DNA from: an uncultured candidate division Zixibacteria bacterium
GTDB lineage: Bacteria > Zixibacteria > MSB-5A5 > RBG-16-43-9
Assembly (NCBI GenBank): GCA_963713865.1
Contig: OY970208.1
Coordinates: 320,001-384,000 of the forward strand
DNA: 64,000 bases
Direction: 5' to 3'
The stretch's first letter is position 1, and every line of letters starts with the position of its first letter. The position numbers were made by a program, and so were the translations under genes. Below the pieces are notes generated by a model that worked only from the letters and a program-made list of their open reading frames with translations, was not told the DNA's origin and ran no database searches. Positions 31,421 through 41,365 of this stretch are shown here, piece by piece.

Positions 31421-32974
31421 TTACAAACTCACTGAAATCCTGTATAATCCACCCTCCCTATCAATCACCATTGTCAGCCTTCTCTGTTTTTTAATATCAC
31501 TCATCGCTTTCTTATAGTCATCCATAGCATTAATCTTCTGATTATTGATCTCCCGGATAACATCACCCTCCCTTAAACCCAAACTTTCTCCCCTGCTATT
31601 TTCCTGAACTGAAGTTATAACTACCCCGGCTCTACTTGACAGATTCAGCTTGTCAGCCAGCCCTGAAGTGATTTCCGAAACCGTAACCCCTAAAAAATCC
31701 TCTTTCTCTTCCGAAACCTTCACTGCAGGCTCTTTCTGAGCTGAAAGATCTATTTTCAAATTCTTTTTATCTCTGACCAGAGAGAGCTCAAGTTTATCTC
31801 CTGGCTTTAACAAAGAGATAAAGTCCTGAAAATCGGCTTTATCCCTGACCTTTTCGCCATTAACTTCGGTTATCAGATCCCCTCTTTTAATCTTGGCTTT
31901 TTCTGCCGGGCTACCTACATCCACCTCTAAAACTATAGCCCCTTCCTTTTCTTCCATATTTAAAGACTGAGCTAAAAGCGGAGTCAAGTCCTGAACTCTT
32001 ACTCCCACCCAGCCTTTAACCACTTTACCTTTACTGATCAGATCAGAGAGAATATTCTTGGCCCGGTTTACAGGTATGGCAAACCCTATCCCTTCTGAGC
32101 CCCGGCTGGTAGTGAAAATAAAAGTGTTTATGCCTATTACTTCCCCATCCGCATTTACCAGTGGTCCCCCGCTGTTCCCCGGGTTTATTGCCGCATCCGT
32201 CTGAATCATCTTTCTATAGACCCTTTCCTCCCCTGTCCCTCTTTTCATATCCCGGTTCAGAGCACTGATTACCCCTACGGTAACCGTAGGATGAGGATCA
32301 TCTAAAAGATAACCAAAGGGATTACCTAAGGCGATGGCCCATTCCCCGATGATCAGACTATCTGAATTTCCTAAGTTTGCATAAGGGAATTTATTACCCT
32401 CTATTTTAATCACTGCCAAATCAGAGGTGAAATCCTGTCCCACTAACTTTCCTTTAACCTCTCTTCCGTCCGGCAGAGTAACTTTAAGCTCATCTGCATC
32501 CCTGACCACATGCTCGTTTGTCAGGACATAGCCGTCCCCGCTTATTATTACACCTGAACCCAGGGAATAGACCTTCTGTTTATATTCCCTGGGCTGAAAG
32601 TACCTGCCCCAGAACTCATCGAAGAACTCATCTCCGAAAGGGGATGAAAATGGCGATTCCCTTATCGTTCTGGTCTGTACTACGCTTATAGATACAACTG
32701 CCGGGCCGATCTTTTCTGCGGCACGAACAATGGCATTTCTTCTGGTTTCTGTGACTTCCTCTTGAAAATCAGTGGTCAGTGGTGAGTGCTCAGTGGTGAG
32801 TAATTGACCACTGGTCACAGGCAACTGATCACTATTTTTGTCTCGATAGGTATATAATACCGGTTTTATACCTTTTGACCAGAATAATCCTAGACCCGTG
32901 CCTATAAAGGCTCCGGCAAGAGCTAACAGAAAAACTATAATATAGACAGTTTTATTGACTCTATCCACAGACAT
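31421..32974 (-). CDS. DegP/HtrA (Do family) serine protease with 2 PDZ domains
   Basis: LTNEHVV, DLAVIKI, QTDAAINPGNSGGPL. Confidence 0.95.
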   Translation of the reverse strand: MSVDRVNKTVYIIVFLLALAGAFIGTGLGLFWSKGIKPVLYTYRDKNSDQLPVTSGQLLTTEHSPLTTDFQEEVTETRRNAIVRAAEKIGPAVVSISVVQTRTIRESPFSSPFGDEFFDEFWGRYFQPREYKQKVYSLGSGVIISGDGYVLTNEHVVRDADELKVTLPDGREVKGKLVGQDFTSDLAVIKIEGNKFPYANLGNSDSLIIGEWAIALGNPFGYLLDDPHPTVTVGVISALNRDMKRGTGEERVYRKMIQTDAAINPGNSGGPLVNADGEVIGINTFIFTTSRGSEGIGFAIPVNRAKNILSDLISKGKVVKGWVGVRVQDLTPLLAQSLNMEEKEGAIVLEVDVGSPAEKAKIKRGDLITEVNGEKVRDKADFQDFISLLKPGDKLELSLVRDKKNLKIDLSAQKEPAVKVSEEKEDFLGVTVSEITSGLADKLNLSSRAGVVITSVQENSRGESLGLREGDVIREINNQKINAMDDYKKAMSDIKKQRRLTMVIDREGGLYRISVSL

Positions 32975-33047
32975 AAATTCACCCTTCTACTTAAGTAGGT
33001 TATACAAACAAATTTCTAAAAAGTTCTGACTGTTTTTGTTTTGTTCT

Positions 33048-33200
33048 TTACTTTTTACCTTTTAGGTATTTCTCCGGCTCCTTATCGAACTTCTGCTTGC
33101 AGACAGGTGAACAGAAATAATAGATTATCCCTTTGTATTCGCTTCTGGCAGAAGCTTTTTTCTCGTCTACTTTCATCTGGCAGACCGGGTCTATTGCCAT
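33048..33200 (-). CDS. YHS domain protein (50 aa)
   Basis: Manual translation MAIDPVCQMKVD...YKGIIYYFCSPVCKQKFDKEPEKY; AGGAGG RBS. Confidence 0.9.
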   Translation of the reverse strand: MAIDPVCQMKVDEKKASARSEYKGIIYYFCSPVCKQKFDKEPEKYLKGKK

Positions 33201-33216
33201 AAAACCTCCTTGAAAA

Positions 33217-34359
33217 TTATACGAAAGTAAAAGCTCTTCTCAAATCCTCAATCAGATCCTCAATATTTTCTATCCCTACACTCAAACGAACCAGATTATC
33301 TGATATACCCAGCCTTTTCCTTAATTTTAATGGGATGGAGGAATGGGTCATTAAGGCTGGATGGCCAGCTAAAGATTCCACGCCACCTAAACTTTCAGCT
33401 AAGGAAAACAATTTTGAGTTCTTGAAAAATCTTCTAATCCCAGCTAAATTGCCTTTCAACTCAAAAGAGACCATCCCGCCAAAACCACTCATCTGCTTTT
33501 TAGCTAAATTATGCATAGGATGGGATTTTAATCCTGGATAGAAAACCTTTTTCACTTTTTTATGACCGGATAAATATTCTGCCACCTCGACTGCGTTAGC
33601 CTGATGCTCTCTCATCCTAACGGACAAAGTTTTTAAACCCCTTAGAACCAGGAAGCAGTCAAAAGGTCCAGGGATACCTCCAACTGCATTCTGGCAGAAC
33701 TTCATCCTTTCATAATATTCAGGATTGGAGGTAACCATTGCACCCCCAACTAAATCGCTATGCCCACTTAAATATTTGGTACTGCTGTGCACCACAATAT
33801 CTGCTCCCCAGAAAAGCGGTTTTTGAAAGTAAGGGGTGGCAAAAGTATTGTCCACTGCTAAGATCAGATTATATTTATTGGCAAGCTTGGAAATCTTTTT
33901 TAGATCGATTATCTTTAAGAGAGGATTAGTCGGGGTTTCAACCCAGACCATCTTTGTATTTTTTTTCAGCCCCTTTAAAAGATTTTGAGGATTGGTCAAA
34001 TCAACATAGGAAAATTCAAGAGCATAATCTTTATAAACTTTCTCAAATAATCTGTAAGTCCCGCCATACAGGTCATCGCAGACTATGATATGGTCTTTTG
34101 CTTTCAATAAATTCATAACGGTTGAAATAGCCGCCATCCCGGAGGAAAATGCCAGGCCAAATTTTGCCTCTTCCAGAGAAGCCAGGCATATCTCCAAGGC
34201 GGTTCTGGTAGGATTTGAGGTGCGGGAATATTCATAACCCTTATGCTTCCCTATACCCCTTTGAACATAGGTCGAGGTCTGATAGATCGGCACGATCACT
34301 GCACCTGTGGCTTTATCCGGCTCCTGTCCTGTATGAATAGCTTTAGTTTCGAATTTCAT
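33217..34359 (-). CDS. Cystathionine gamma-lyase/synthase
   Basis: YSRTSNPTR, ETPTNP, HSSTKYLSGHSD, AESLGGVESL. Confidence 0.93.
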   Translation of the reverse strand: MKFETKAIHTGQEPDKATGAVIVPIYQTSTYVQRGIGKHKGYEYSRTSNPTRTALEICLASLEEAKFGLAFSSGMAAISTVMNLLKAKDHIIVCDDLYGGTYRLFEKVYKDYALEFSYVDLTNPQNLLKGLKKNTKMVWVETPTNPLLKIIDLKKISKLANKYNLILAVDNTFATPYFQKPLFWGADIVVHSSTKYLSGHSDLVGGAMVTSNPEYYERMKFCQNAVGGIPGPFDCFLVLRGLKTLSVRMREHQANAVEVAEYLSGHKKVKKVFYPGLKSHPMHNLAKKQMSGFGGMVSFELKGNLAGIRRFFKNSKLFSLAESLGGVESLAGHPALMTHSSIPLKLRKRLGISDNLVRLSVGIENIEDLIEDLRRAFTFV

Positions 34360-34416
34360 ATTATTGATTATTATTATTCCCCCTTTTTAAAAAATCAAAT
34401 ATTTATTATTTCAGAT

Positions 34417-35391
34417 TTAATCCAAGAATCCGTTATCCTTCATCCATTTATCTGAGTAGATTTTGCTCAGATAACGGGTGCCTGAGTCTGGCAGGATGAC
34501 TACGATGATTTTATCTTTACCTGCTTCTTTAGCTAAATCCACTGCCACTTTTGCGGCTGAGCCGCTTGAGCCACCCGCAAAAAGACCTTCCTCTTTGGTC
34601 AGTCTTCGAGCCATTAAAAATGATTCCTTATCGTTCACCTGATAGATATCGTCTATGATGGAGAAATCAACGTTCTCCACTAACATATCCTCCCCAATCC
34701 CTTCCACCTTATAGACCTTGGGCTCGATGAGTTTTTTATACTTGAAATAATCGTGATAAACCGAGCCGACTGGGTCAACTGCTATGATTTTTAAATCCGG
34801 CTTTTTCTCTTTTAGAAATTTGCCTGCCCCGGACATAGTCCCGCCGGTTCCAATACCTGCCACGAAATAATCTATCCTCCCTTCAGTCTGTTCCCAGATC
34901 TCCGGTCCGGTGGTATAATAATGAGATTCTGTATTTTTTAGATTATGATATTGATTCAGGTAAAAGGAATTCGGAGTTTCCCGGGCAATCCTTTTCGCAG
35001 TCTCGTAATAGCTTAAAGGTGACTCCGGAGGAACGTCCGTAGGAGTTACAATCACTTCAGCCCCAAAAGCTCTCAACAGGTCGATCTTCTCCTGGCTCAT
35101 TTTATCCGGAATGGTAAAGATGGCTTTATACCCTTTAATCGCAGAAATAATAGCCACCCCCACCCCCGTATTCCCTGAGGTATTTTCCACGATGGTTCCA
35201 CCCGGCTTCAATAGCCCTTTTTTTTCGGCATCTTCTATAATATAAAGAGCCATTCGGTCCTTGACACTTCCACCGGGATTCATAAACTCAACCTTAGCTA
35301 AAATCGTAGCTGAGTTTTCGTTTACGATTTTCCCTAGTTTAACTAACGGAGTATTTCCTATAGCTCTTGATATATCAGGAATAATCTTCAT
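34417..35391 (-). CDS. Cystathionine beta-synthase / cysteine synthase family
   Basis: GNTPLV, NPGGSVKDR, TSGNTG, GTGGT, YKVEGIG. Confidence 0.93.
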   Translation of the reverse strand: MKIIPDISRAIGNTPLVKLGKIVNENSATILAKVEFMNPGGSVKDRMALYIIEDAEKKGLLKPGGTIVENTSGNTGVGVAIISAIKGYKAIFTIPDKMSQEKIDLLRAFGAEVIVTPTDVPPESPLSYYETAKRIARETPNSFYLNQYHNLKNTESHYYTTGPEIWEQTEGRIDYFVAGIGTGGTMSGAGKFLKEKKPDLKIIAVDPVGSVYHDYFKYKKLIEPKVYKVEGIGEDMLVENVDFSIIDDIYQVNDKESFLMARRLTKEEGLFAGGSSGSAAKVAVDLAKEAGKDKIIVVILPDSGTRYLSKIYSDKWMKDNGFLD

Positions 35392-35409
35392 TTATGAAGT
35401 TAGAATCTT

Positions 35410-36444
35410 TTAGATGGAACGGTTGGGACATCTCCTGAAGACCGGCATGTTCTTGGAGCTTTCCACAATTACCTGTTTTTCTATTTTTTGACCATTTCGC
35501 AACAGGAGGAGTTTAACTTTGGAGCCAATAGGAGATGTTGAGATCATCTTCCTGAACTCTAAATCATTTCTTACCTTTTTACCCTCACACTCTACAATAC
35601 GATCTCCCACTTTTAGCCCTTCCTTAAGAGCAGGTCCATCCTTAAATACCTCAGTCACCAGAACCCCTGGCCCACCTTTGGAGAAAGTTTCTTTCCCCCT
35701 GGCACACCTTTTTTCGGTGAAAATACCTATCCAGCCCCTTTTCACCTCTCCATTTTTTTCAAGGATCTTCCCCACTATCCCACAGGTAGAGGCTGGCAGT
35801 ATAAGGATTATACTCTCTTTCCCCTCTAATCTCCCTTCTGCCAGACCAATAAGTTCTCCTTCTGAGTTGAAAATTGGTGTTCCGCTTTGATAAGCCGAAA
35901 AAGGTGCGGATAAGACCAGAAGTTCCTGATCGTACGGGTCAACCCCTCCTATCCAGGAGGAACCAACAGTTCCCAGCGCTATTTGCAGCCCCTTGGAATA
36001 ATTAGTGTTTCCTATTATCAGACCTAAGGTTCCATTTCTGATCTTCTCTTTTTTAGCTAACTGGACTGGCTTCAGGTTTCCCTTTTTGACCTGTATAAGA
36101 CTTACATTTGTTTCAAAATCGCAATAGATATTGGCGATCTCAGAATCAACTATACTTTTACCATCCTGCAGTCTGATCTTAAGCTCGTCCGAATTCTGCA
36201 AAAGGTTTTCCGTAGTGAGGATAAAATTTTTCTCCAGGACAACCCCTGAACCGATCTTTTTTTCGCCATTCGTCAGATTAGTAGCTGAGATCGAGACCAC
36301 TGAAGGTCCTACTTTTTCCATTACCTTATAGATCTCGGACTGGATTTTGTCTAACGGATTTTCTTTGCCGCATCCGCTAAAAAAAAGCAGGATAAATATT
36401 ATCCCGCCTATTTTAATTGCAGGTGAGTTTAAAAAAAGCCTCAT
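35410..36444 (-). CDS. Lipoprotein with degenerate trypsin-like domain plus PDZ
   Basis: Lipobox FSGC; PSVVSI..GSGVV; GWIGI..GPA..GLKVGD. Confidence 0.8.
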   Translation of the reverse strand: MRLFLNSPAIKIGGIIFILLFFSGCGKENPLDKIQSEIYKVMEKVGPSVVSISATNLTNGEKKIGSGVVLEKNFILTTENLLQNSDELKIRLQDGKSIVDSEIANIYCDFETNVSLIQVKKGNLKPVQLAKKEKIRNGTLGLIIGNTNYSKGLQIALGTVGSSWIGGVDPYDQELLVLSAPFSAYQSGTPIFNSEGELIGLAEGRLEGKESIILILPASTCGIVGKILEKNGEVKRGWIGIFTEKRCARGKETFSKGGPGVLVTEVFKDGPALKEGLKVGDRIVECEGKKVRNDLEFRKMISTSPIGSKVKLLLLRNGQKIEKQVIVESSKNMPVFRRCPNRSI

Positions 36445-36477
36445 ATTAAATCCAATGCAATATGTTTCTGTGTTACC

Positions 36478-36957
36478 TTACTTCTGGCTGACAGTATAGA
36501 TGGTCATAAAACCATCATCGCTGGCAGAGAGAAGCTGACCCTCATAAACTATTAGGTTATTAACTAGATTCCTGGAGGAATATCCTTCTGATTTTGATAG
36601 AGACGAGAAACCAAAGGCGGCAAACATCAAAAGCAAAAGAGAAAAAACATAAGCCGGAATCGGTCCTAAGAGAGGGGTTTGTAATAAGGAGAAAAGAAAG
36701 TCCAGTTTCTCACGGAAATAGTTTCTCAATTCCAGGAGCGGAGGATAAGAGCTCAGCTTTAAGCTGAACTTTTCCCAGTAGTTCTCCGGCGGTTTAAAAA
36801 TCAGAGTCTTTTGTAACAAACCCAGAGTAGCTTTATAATCCTCGAACTCCTTGGCACACTCTGGGCAGTTTTTTAAATGTTCGTGCAGAAATCTTTTTTG
36901 AACTTCACTTAGATCTGAATAATCTAAGAAAAAATCTTTAGCTTTTTTACATTTCAT
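36478..36957 (-). CDS. Zinc-binding (ZAS) anti-sigma factor
   Basis: HLKNCPEC plus a TM helix; downstream of an ECF sigma. Confidence 0.85.
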   Translation of the reverse strand: MKCKKAKDFFLDYSDLSEVQKRFLHEHLKNCPECAKEFEDYKATLGLLQKTLIFKPPENYWEKFSLKLSSYPPLLELRNYFREKLDFLFSLLQTPLLGPIPAYVFSLLLLMFAAFGFSSLSKSEGYSSRNLVNNLIVYEGQLLSASDDGFMTIYTVSQK

Positions 36958-37600
36958 ATTTGATCCCTGCTTTCTCCAAGATATTAGGGTGATGTTTTAT
37001 CAGCTCATCCCTGAGCTTGGCTCTTGCCCGGTGTAGATACCATCTCACCGTAGCTTGAGGCATCCCGGTTATTTGAGCCACCTCCTTTATATCCAAACCT
37101 TCTATATCTCTTAACACAAAAACCGACCTCTGCTTGGGGTTCAAACCATTAAGGGCATCATTAATTGCCAGGCGAACCAGCCCTCTCTGGTATACTTTTT
37201 CGACATCATTCTTTTTTTCCTTTAGTTGCCCGATTATATTATCCAGTACCTCGAATTTATGTTTGCGAAATTTCCTTATAAAATCGATGGAGGCGTTAAT
37301 GGTTATGCGATAAAGCCAGGTAGAGAGTTTCTTAGAAGTATCGAATCTATTCAGATTTTGATAGATCTTCACAAAAACCATTTGAGAAATATCTTTAGCA
37401 TCCTCATAATCTCCGATCATGCGATAAGCTATGCCCGCCACCTGAGCTTTATATTTTTGCACTATCTTCTGAAAAGCTTCCTGATCTCCTTGCTGAGCTT
37501 TCTTGATAATATCCAAAAGTTCCTGTTCTTCCTTAGCTCCAGCTAAGCTTTTCTCTCCATCTCTGGCTAGTTTTTCATCCTTTAAATTTTCAAAGGACAT
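36947..37600 (-). CDS. ECF RNA polymerase sigma factor
   Basis: DAKDISQMVF, TWLYRITIN, LRDIEGL..KEVA..LHRAR. Confidence 0.93.
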   Translation of the reverse strand: MSFENLKDEKLARDGEKSLAGAKEEQELLDIIKKAQQGDQEAFQKIVQKYKAQVAGIAYRMIGDYEDAKDISQMVFVKIYQNLNRFDTSKKLSTWLYRITINASIDFIRKFRKHKFEVLDNIIGQLKEKKNDVEKVYQRGLVRLAINDALNGLNPKQRSVFVLRDIEGLDIKEVAQITGMPQATVRWYLHRARAKLRDELIKHHPNILEKAGIKYEM

Positions 37601-37669
37601 ATATGCTTCCTATTATAAAATACGATTTCATTTAAATTGACGTTTGGTAACTAATACCGTTTATAAAAT

Positions 37670-38113
37670 CTATTTTGGGAAAATCCTCATTCCCTTTCTC
37701 TCAAAAAGAGATGAAGTTATTCCCATATTTCTCTTTTGTTCGTCCTCTTTGTGGACCTTAAGGCTCTTATCCGTTAATCCAAGACCACAGGAAGGGCTCC
37801 CCTCCTTTAACCAGGCAGAACTGATCTTAAACCTTTTAGCAATTCGAAAAGATAAATTAGCACCTCTGGAGAAGAATTGGCTCAAATCCTCACCGGAGAC
37901 AGAAACAACTTTTTTTCTACCAGAACTGTATTCTATCATAGCTGTTTTTCGTGGAGTAGATAAACCACTTAACTGCTCCGGACAAAGAGGTATAACCTCT
38001 CCCTTCTTCACCATTTGAAAAATCTTTTTATCCAGCTTAGCTTCTCCATTATATCTACATCTGACCCCAGCCAGACAGGCTGAAACAACAAATTTCAAAA
38101 CAGTCATACCCAA
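37670..38113 (-). CDS. DUF523 / 2-thiouracil desulfurase family
   Basis: VSACLAGVRCRYNG, CPEQLSGL.TPR, KEGSPSCG. Confidence 0.88.
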   Translation of the reverse strand: MGMTVLKFVVSACLAGVRCRYNGEAKLDKKIFQMVKKGEVIPLCPEQLSGLSTPRKTAMIEYSSGRKKVVSVSGEDLSQFFSRGANLSFRIAKRFKISSAWLKEGSPSCGLGLTDKSLKVHKEDEQKRNMGITSSLFERKGMRIFPK

Positions 38114-38170
38114 TCCAGACTAAAAAAGCCTTTCAGGAAAGGAAGTCCACAGGATTTAAAAAAAAGAATC

Positions 38171-39055
38171 TTAATATCTTCCACCCCAGAGATATGATTG
38201 TGGATTTACCGCCCGCCCTTTTAGATGAACTTCATAGTGCAGGTGAGGACCAGTCGAATACCCGGTATTCCCCACTCTTCCTATTATCTCGCCTCGTTCA
38301 ACTTCTTCTCGACTTTGGACCAGGATAACAGAAAGATGTCCATAGAAGGTTTCATACCCATTTCCATGGTCTATAGTTACAAGTTTTCCCAATCCTTTTT
38401 GCCAGCCAACAAAACTTACTTTCCCCCTGGCTGGAGCTATAATCGGGGTTCCAACATCTGCTACTATATCCAACCCCTGATGTAACCCGATCTCACCTGT
38501 AAATGGGTCTGGCACAACTCCAAATCCCCGGCTGATATATCCATCAACCGGATAGATTGAGGGGGTATGCTCCAAGAGCTCTTTTTTCTGGTTAAGATTT
38601 TCATAAATATATTCAAACCCTTCTTTTTCATCCCTGATTTTATCGATTAACCTATCAATATCCCTTACTTTATTCTCTGCATAAAGAACAGTATTATCTA
38701 AGATAATCTGATCTCTCTCGGCAAAGTCGCTGACTCTCGATGGCTTAGGGCTAAAAAAACTCCTGATATTCTGCTCCATATAACCTAATTCATTAATTTC
38801 CGTGCCTAATTTACCCAAGAAGAATTCGAGATCCAGAAGCTTGCCAGCTAAAATCTTGTTTTCAGACTCCAGTTTAATTGCCTTAACCTGATCAACCCTC
38901 TGTCCAAAATAACCTAAGAAGCTGAAGCCGATCGAACCAATTAAAAGGAAGAGGCTAAAGCCTAAAAAATAGACCAACCCTTTGGATAAAGACTCTGTTA
39001 GGAGTCCAATAGTAACTTTTAGTTCAGAATATAAAAAATTTAAAGGCTTTCTCAT
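38171..39055 (-). CDS. M23 family metallopeptidase
   Basis: HQGLD, YGHLS, TGPHLHYEV. Confidence 0.93.
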   Translation of the reverse strand: MRKPLNFLYSELKVTIGLLTESLSKGLVYFLGFSLFLLIGSIGFSFLGYFGQRVDQVKAIKLESENKILAGKLLDLEFFLGKLGTEINELGYMEQNIRSFFSPKPSRVSDFAERDQIILDNTVLYAENKVRDIDRLIDKIRDEKEGFEYIYENLNQKKELLEHTPSIYPVDGYISRGFGVVPDPFTGEIGLHQGLDIVADVGTPIIAPARGKVSFVGWQKGLGKLVTIDHGNGYETFYGHLSVILVQSREEVERGEIIGRVGNTGYSTGPHLHYEVHLKGRAVNPQSYLWGGRY

Positions 39056-39300
39056 CTTTAGAAAACTTTTGGGATTAACTTATATATTAAAAGGGGAATT
39101 GTCAAGTTTTATTTTATCAGAATATATTCCCTTTTCAGAATTTTATTAACCACGCGGATAAATTTGTCTGAGCTTAATGCTTGAAGGGTATATATATGCC
39201 AGCAGGTTTTCTCTGGTAATTTGGGGCTGATTTTTTTCTTCTTATTATTCACTTATTTTCTCCTTTAAGCCCAACCCGTCTAAATTTACTTAAAGTATAG

Positions 39301-39316
39301 AGCAATCTTTATGCCC
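39301..39316 (-). promoter_or_regulatory. Possible sigma54 -24/-12 promoter upstream of the M23 gene
   Basis: Minus strand GGGCAT-AAAGA-TTGCT (GG-N10-GC). Confidence 0.4.
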
Positions 39317-39691
39317 AAGCAAGAGGGCTTTGCCCAGGAACTTTTGCCTCCTAATTCTATAACTTTCAGTGAATTAAAGGAAAGAGGGTTTTAAAGAGAT
39401 AATCAGGTGGATTTTTCCAAAAAAAAGTATTGTCTGAAGACAATATCTTATTGTTTTATTCCTACAATTGAATCTGGATTAAAAGAGCTGCGGGAGTATG
39501 ATAAGTCAAGCCCTTATAATTTCTTTCCACATAAAAAAACAGGGACCGGAGCAGAACCCCTGCCTGAAACCGATAGTTAATTTACAAGGCGGACCTAATC
39601 ATCCGATATAGTATTTATGTTAAAACTTTTTTATTTGTAATTCAAACAGGGTTTTACTATCTTTTCTGAAACCTGTATTCTTTCTTAACGT

Positions 39692-40279
39692 ATGATAAAA
39701 AAGAAGGCATTGGTAGTACGGGATGACCAGACTTTGATCAAGGAAGCTTTAGAGGGGAATCAGAAAGCTTTCAAGCTCCTGATGGAAAGGCACAAAAATG
39801 CGGTTCAGCACATAATATTAAAGCTGGTTCACAACTATGATGAATCCCTGGACTTGGTTCAGGAGACTTTTGTAAAAGCCTTTGGCTCCTTGGCAACTTA
39901 TAAAACAAAATATCGCTTTACCACCTGGCTCTACCGGATTGCGGCTAATTGTTCCATCGATCATCTGCGCCGGAAAAAAATCGAAGCTTTCTCACTGGAC
40001 CAGCCCTTGGAAACTGATAAAGGTAAATTAGAAATAGAAATACCAGACCGGACTTTTGATCCGGAAAAAGATTTAACCTTAAAGCAACAGGAACTTTCAG
40101 TTGAAGAAGCCATCGCCTCACTGCCCGGGAAATATAAAGAGGTTATCTTGTTGAGACACAAAGAGGACAAATCGTATGAGGAAATCTCAGCGATTTTACA
40201 TCTGTCCACAGGTACGATTAAAGCTCGAATCTTCAGAGCCAGAGTCTTATTAAAGAAAAAACTCAAACATATGAGATAG
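39692..40279 (+). CDS. ECF sigma factor (SigW-like)
   Basis: DLVQETFVKAF, FTTWLYRIA.N, SYEEIS..GTIKARIFRAR. Confidence 0.93.
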   Translation: MIKKKALVVRDDQTLIKEALEGNQKAFKLLMERHKNAVQHIILKLVHNYDESLDLVQETFVKAFGSLATYKTKYRFTTWLYRIAANCSIDHLRRKKIEAFSLDQPLETDKGKLEIEIPDRTFDPEKDLTLKQQELSVEEAIASLPGKYKEVILLRHKEDKSYEEISAILHLSTGTIKARIFRARVLLKKKLKHMR

Positions 40280-40286
40280 TGAAAAT

Positions 40287-41363
40287 ATGAAAACAAAACT
40301 AATACTTTTCTGGCTTTTGATCTCAGGGGTTTTATGCTCTTTTTACCCTGATTTTCTTGAGGCTAAAGAGTTTAGCTTCCCTTTGCAAAAAGAATTCGTC
40401 CTGGAACAACCCCTGACCCTGGAAGTCGAAGATCCCAGAGGCGAGATCGTCCTCGAATCACATAACCAGAATAAAATCGTAATTCAAGCATCCAAAATAG
40501 TAGAAGCTAAGAATTCCAGGGAAGCAGAGGAGATTGCTCACAAGATTCAAATGGATATTGAAAAAACTGGCGCTTTGGTTCGGATAAAAACCAAATATCA
40601 AAAAACTGAAAGGGGAAATTTCTGGGAAAGGCTCTTCACCGTGAATAGATCAGTGGAAGGATATGTCAGTTATCGCATCCTTGTACCCAAAAATATCCGG
40701 GAAGCAGACCTTTCAGTTACCAGTGGAGAGATAAGGGTTTTCTACCTTAATGGCAAGTTGAGTTTGTCCTCTACTTCCGGGGATATAGAGGCTACTGGAA
40801 TAGAAGGAGAGTTTTCTTCCTCATCTACCAGTGGAAATATCCAGCTTAAGGACGTAAGTGGCAAAATCAGCCTGGAAGGGACCAGCTCAGATATTGAGGT
40901 AAAAAATCTAAAGGGAGAACTCGGCATAAATTGCACCAGCGGTTCTGTGGTCATTGAAGAGCTTCAGGGTTCTCTTAACTGTTCACAAACCTCAGGCGAT
41001 TTAGAAGTTAAAGGACTGAGCGGAGATATAAGTGCAACCTCTACTTCGGGAAACCTGTGGATTGAGCAAAATCAGGGCAGTTTGGACCTGAATACCACCA
41101 GCGGGGATATCGAAGCTAAAACCCAGATATTATCTGCAAAGAATTACTATCTGGAAACTACGAGTGGGGATATCGATCTCTATATTTCCAGGGGAGCCCA
41201 GGCTAACCTTAAAATCGAGACTACCAGTGGAGAAATCAATATGGATATCCCTATGGTCTTGAAAAATGCAACCCGGAATTCCCTTTCCGGAATCTTAGGC
41301 TCAGGAGGGGGAAAGATAGAAGTTCAAACGGTCAGTGGTGATATAAACATAGAGGAGTATTAA
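40287..41363 (+). CDS. DUF4097 beta-strand repeat protein
   Basis: Repeated TSGDI motifs; signal peptide. Confidence 0.88.
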   Translation: MKTKLILFWLLISGVLCSFYPDFLEAKEFSFPLQKEFVLEQPLTLEVEDPRGEIVLESHNQNKIVIQASKIVEAKNSREAEEIAHKIQMDIEKTGALVRIKTKYQKTERGNFWERLFTVNRSVEGYVSYRILVPKNIREADLSVTSGEIRVFYLNGKLSLSSTSGDIEATGIEGEFSSSSTSGNIQLKDVSGKISLEGTSSDIEVKNLKGELGINCTSGSVVIEELQGSLNCSQTSGDLEVKGLSGDISATSTSGNLWIEQNQGSLDLNTTSGDIEAKTQILSAKNYYLETTSGDIDLYISRGAQANLKIETTSGEINMDIPMVLKNATRNSLSGILGSGGGKIEVQTVSGDINIEEY

Positions 41364-41365
41364 AA

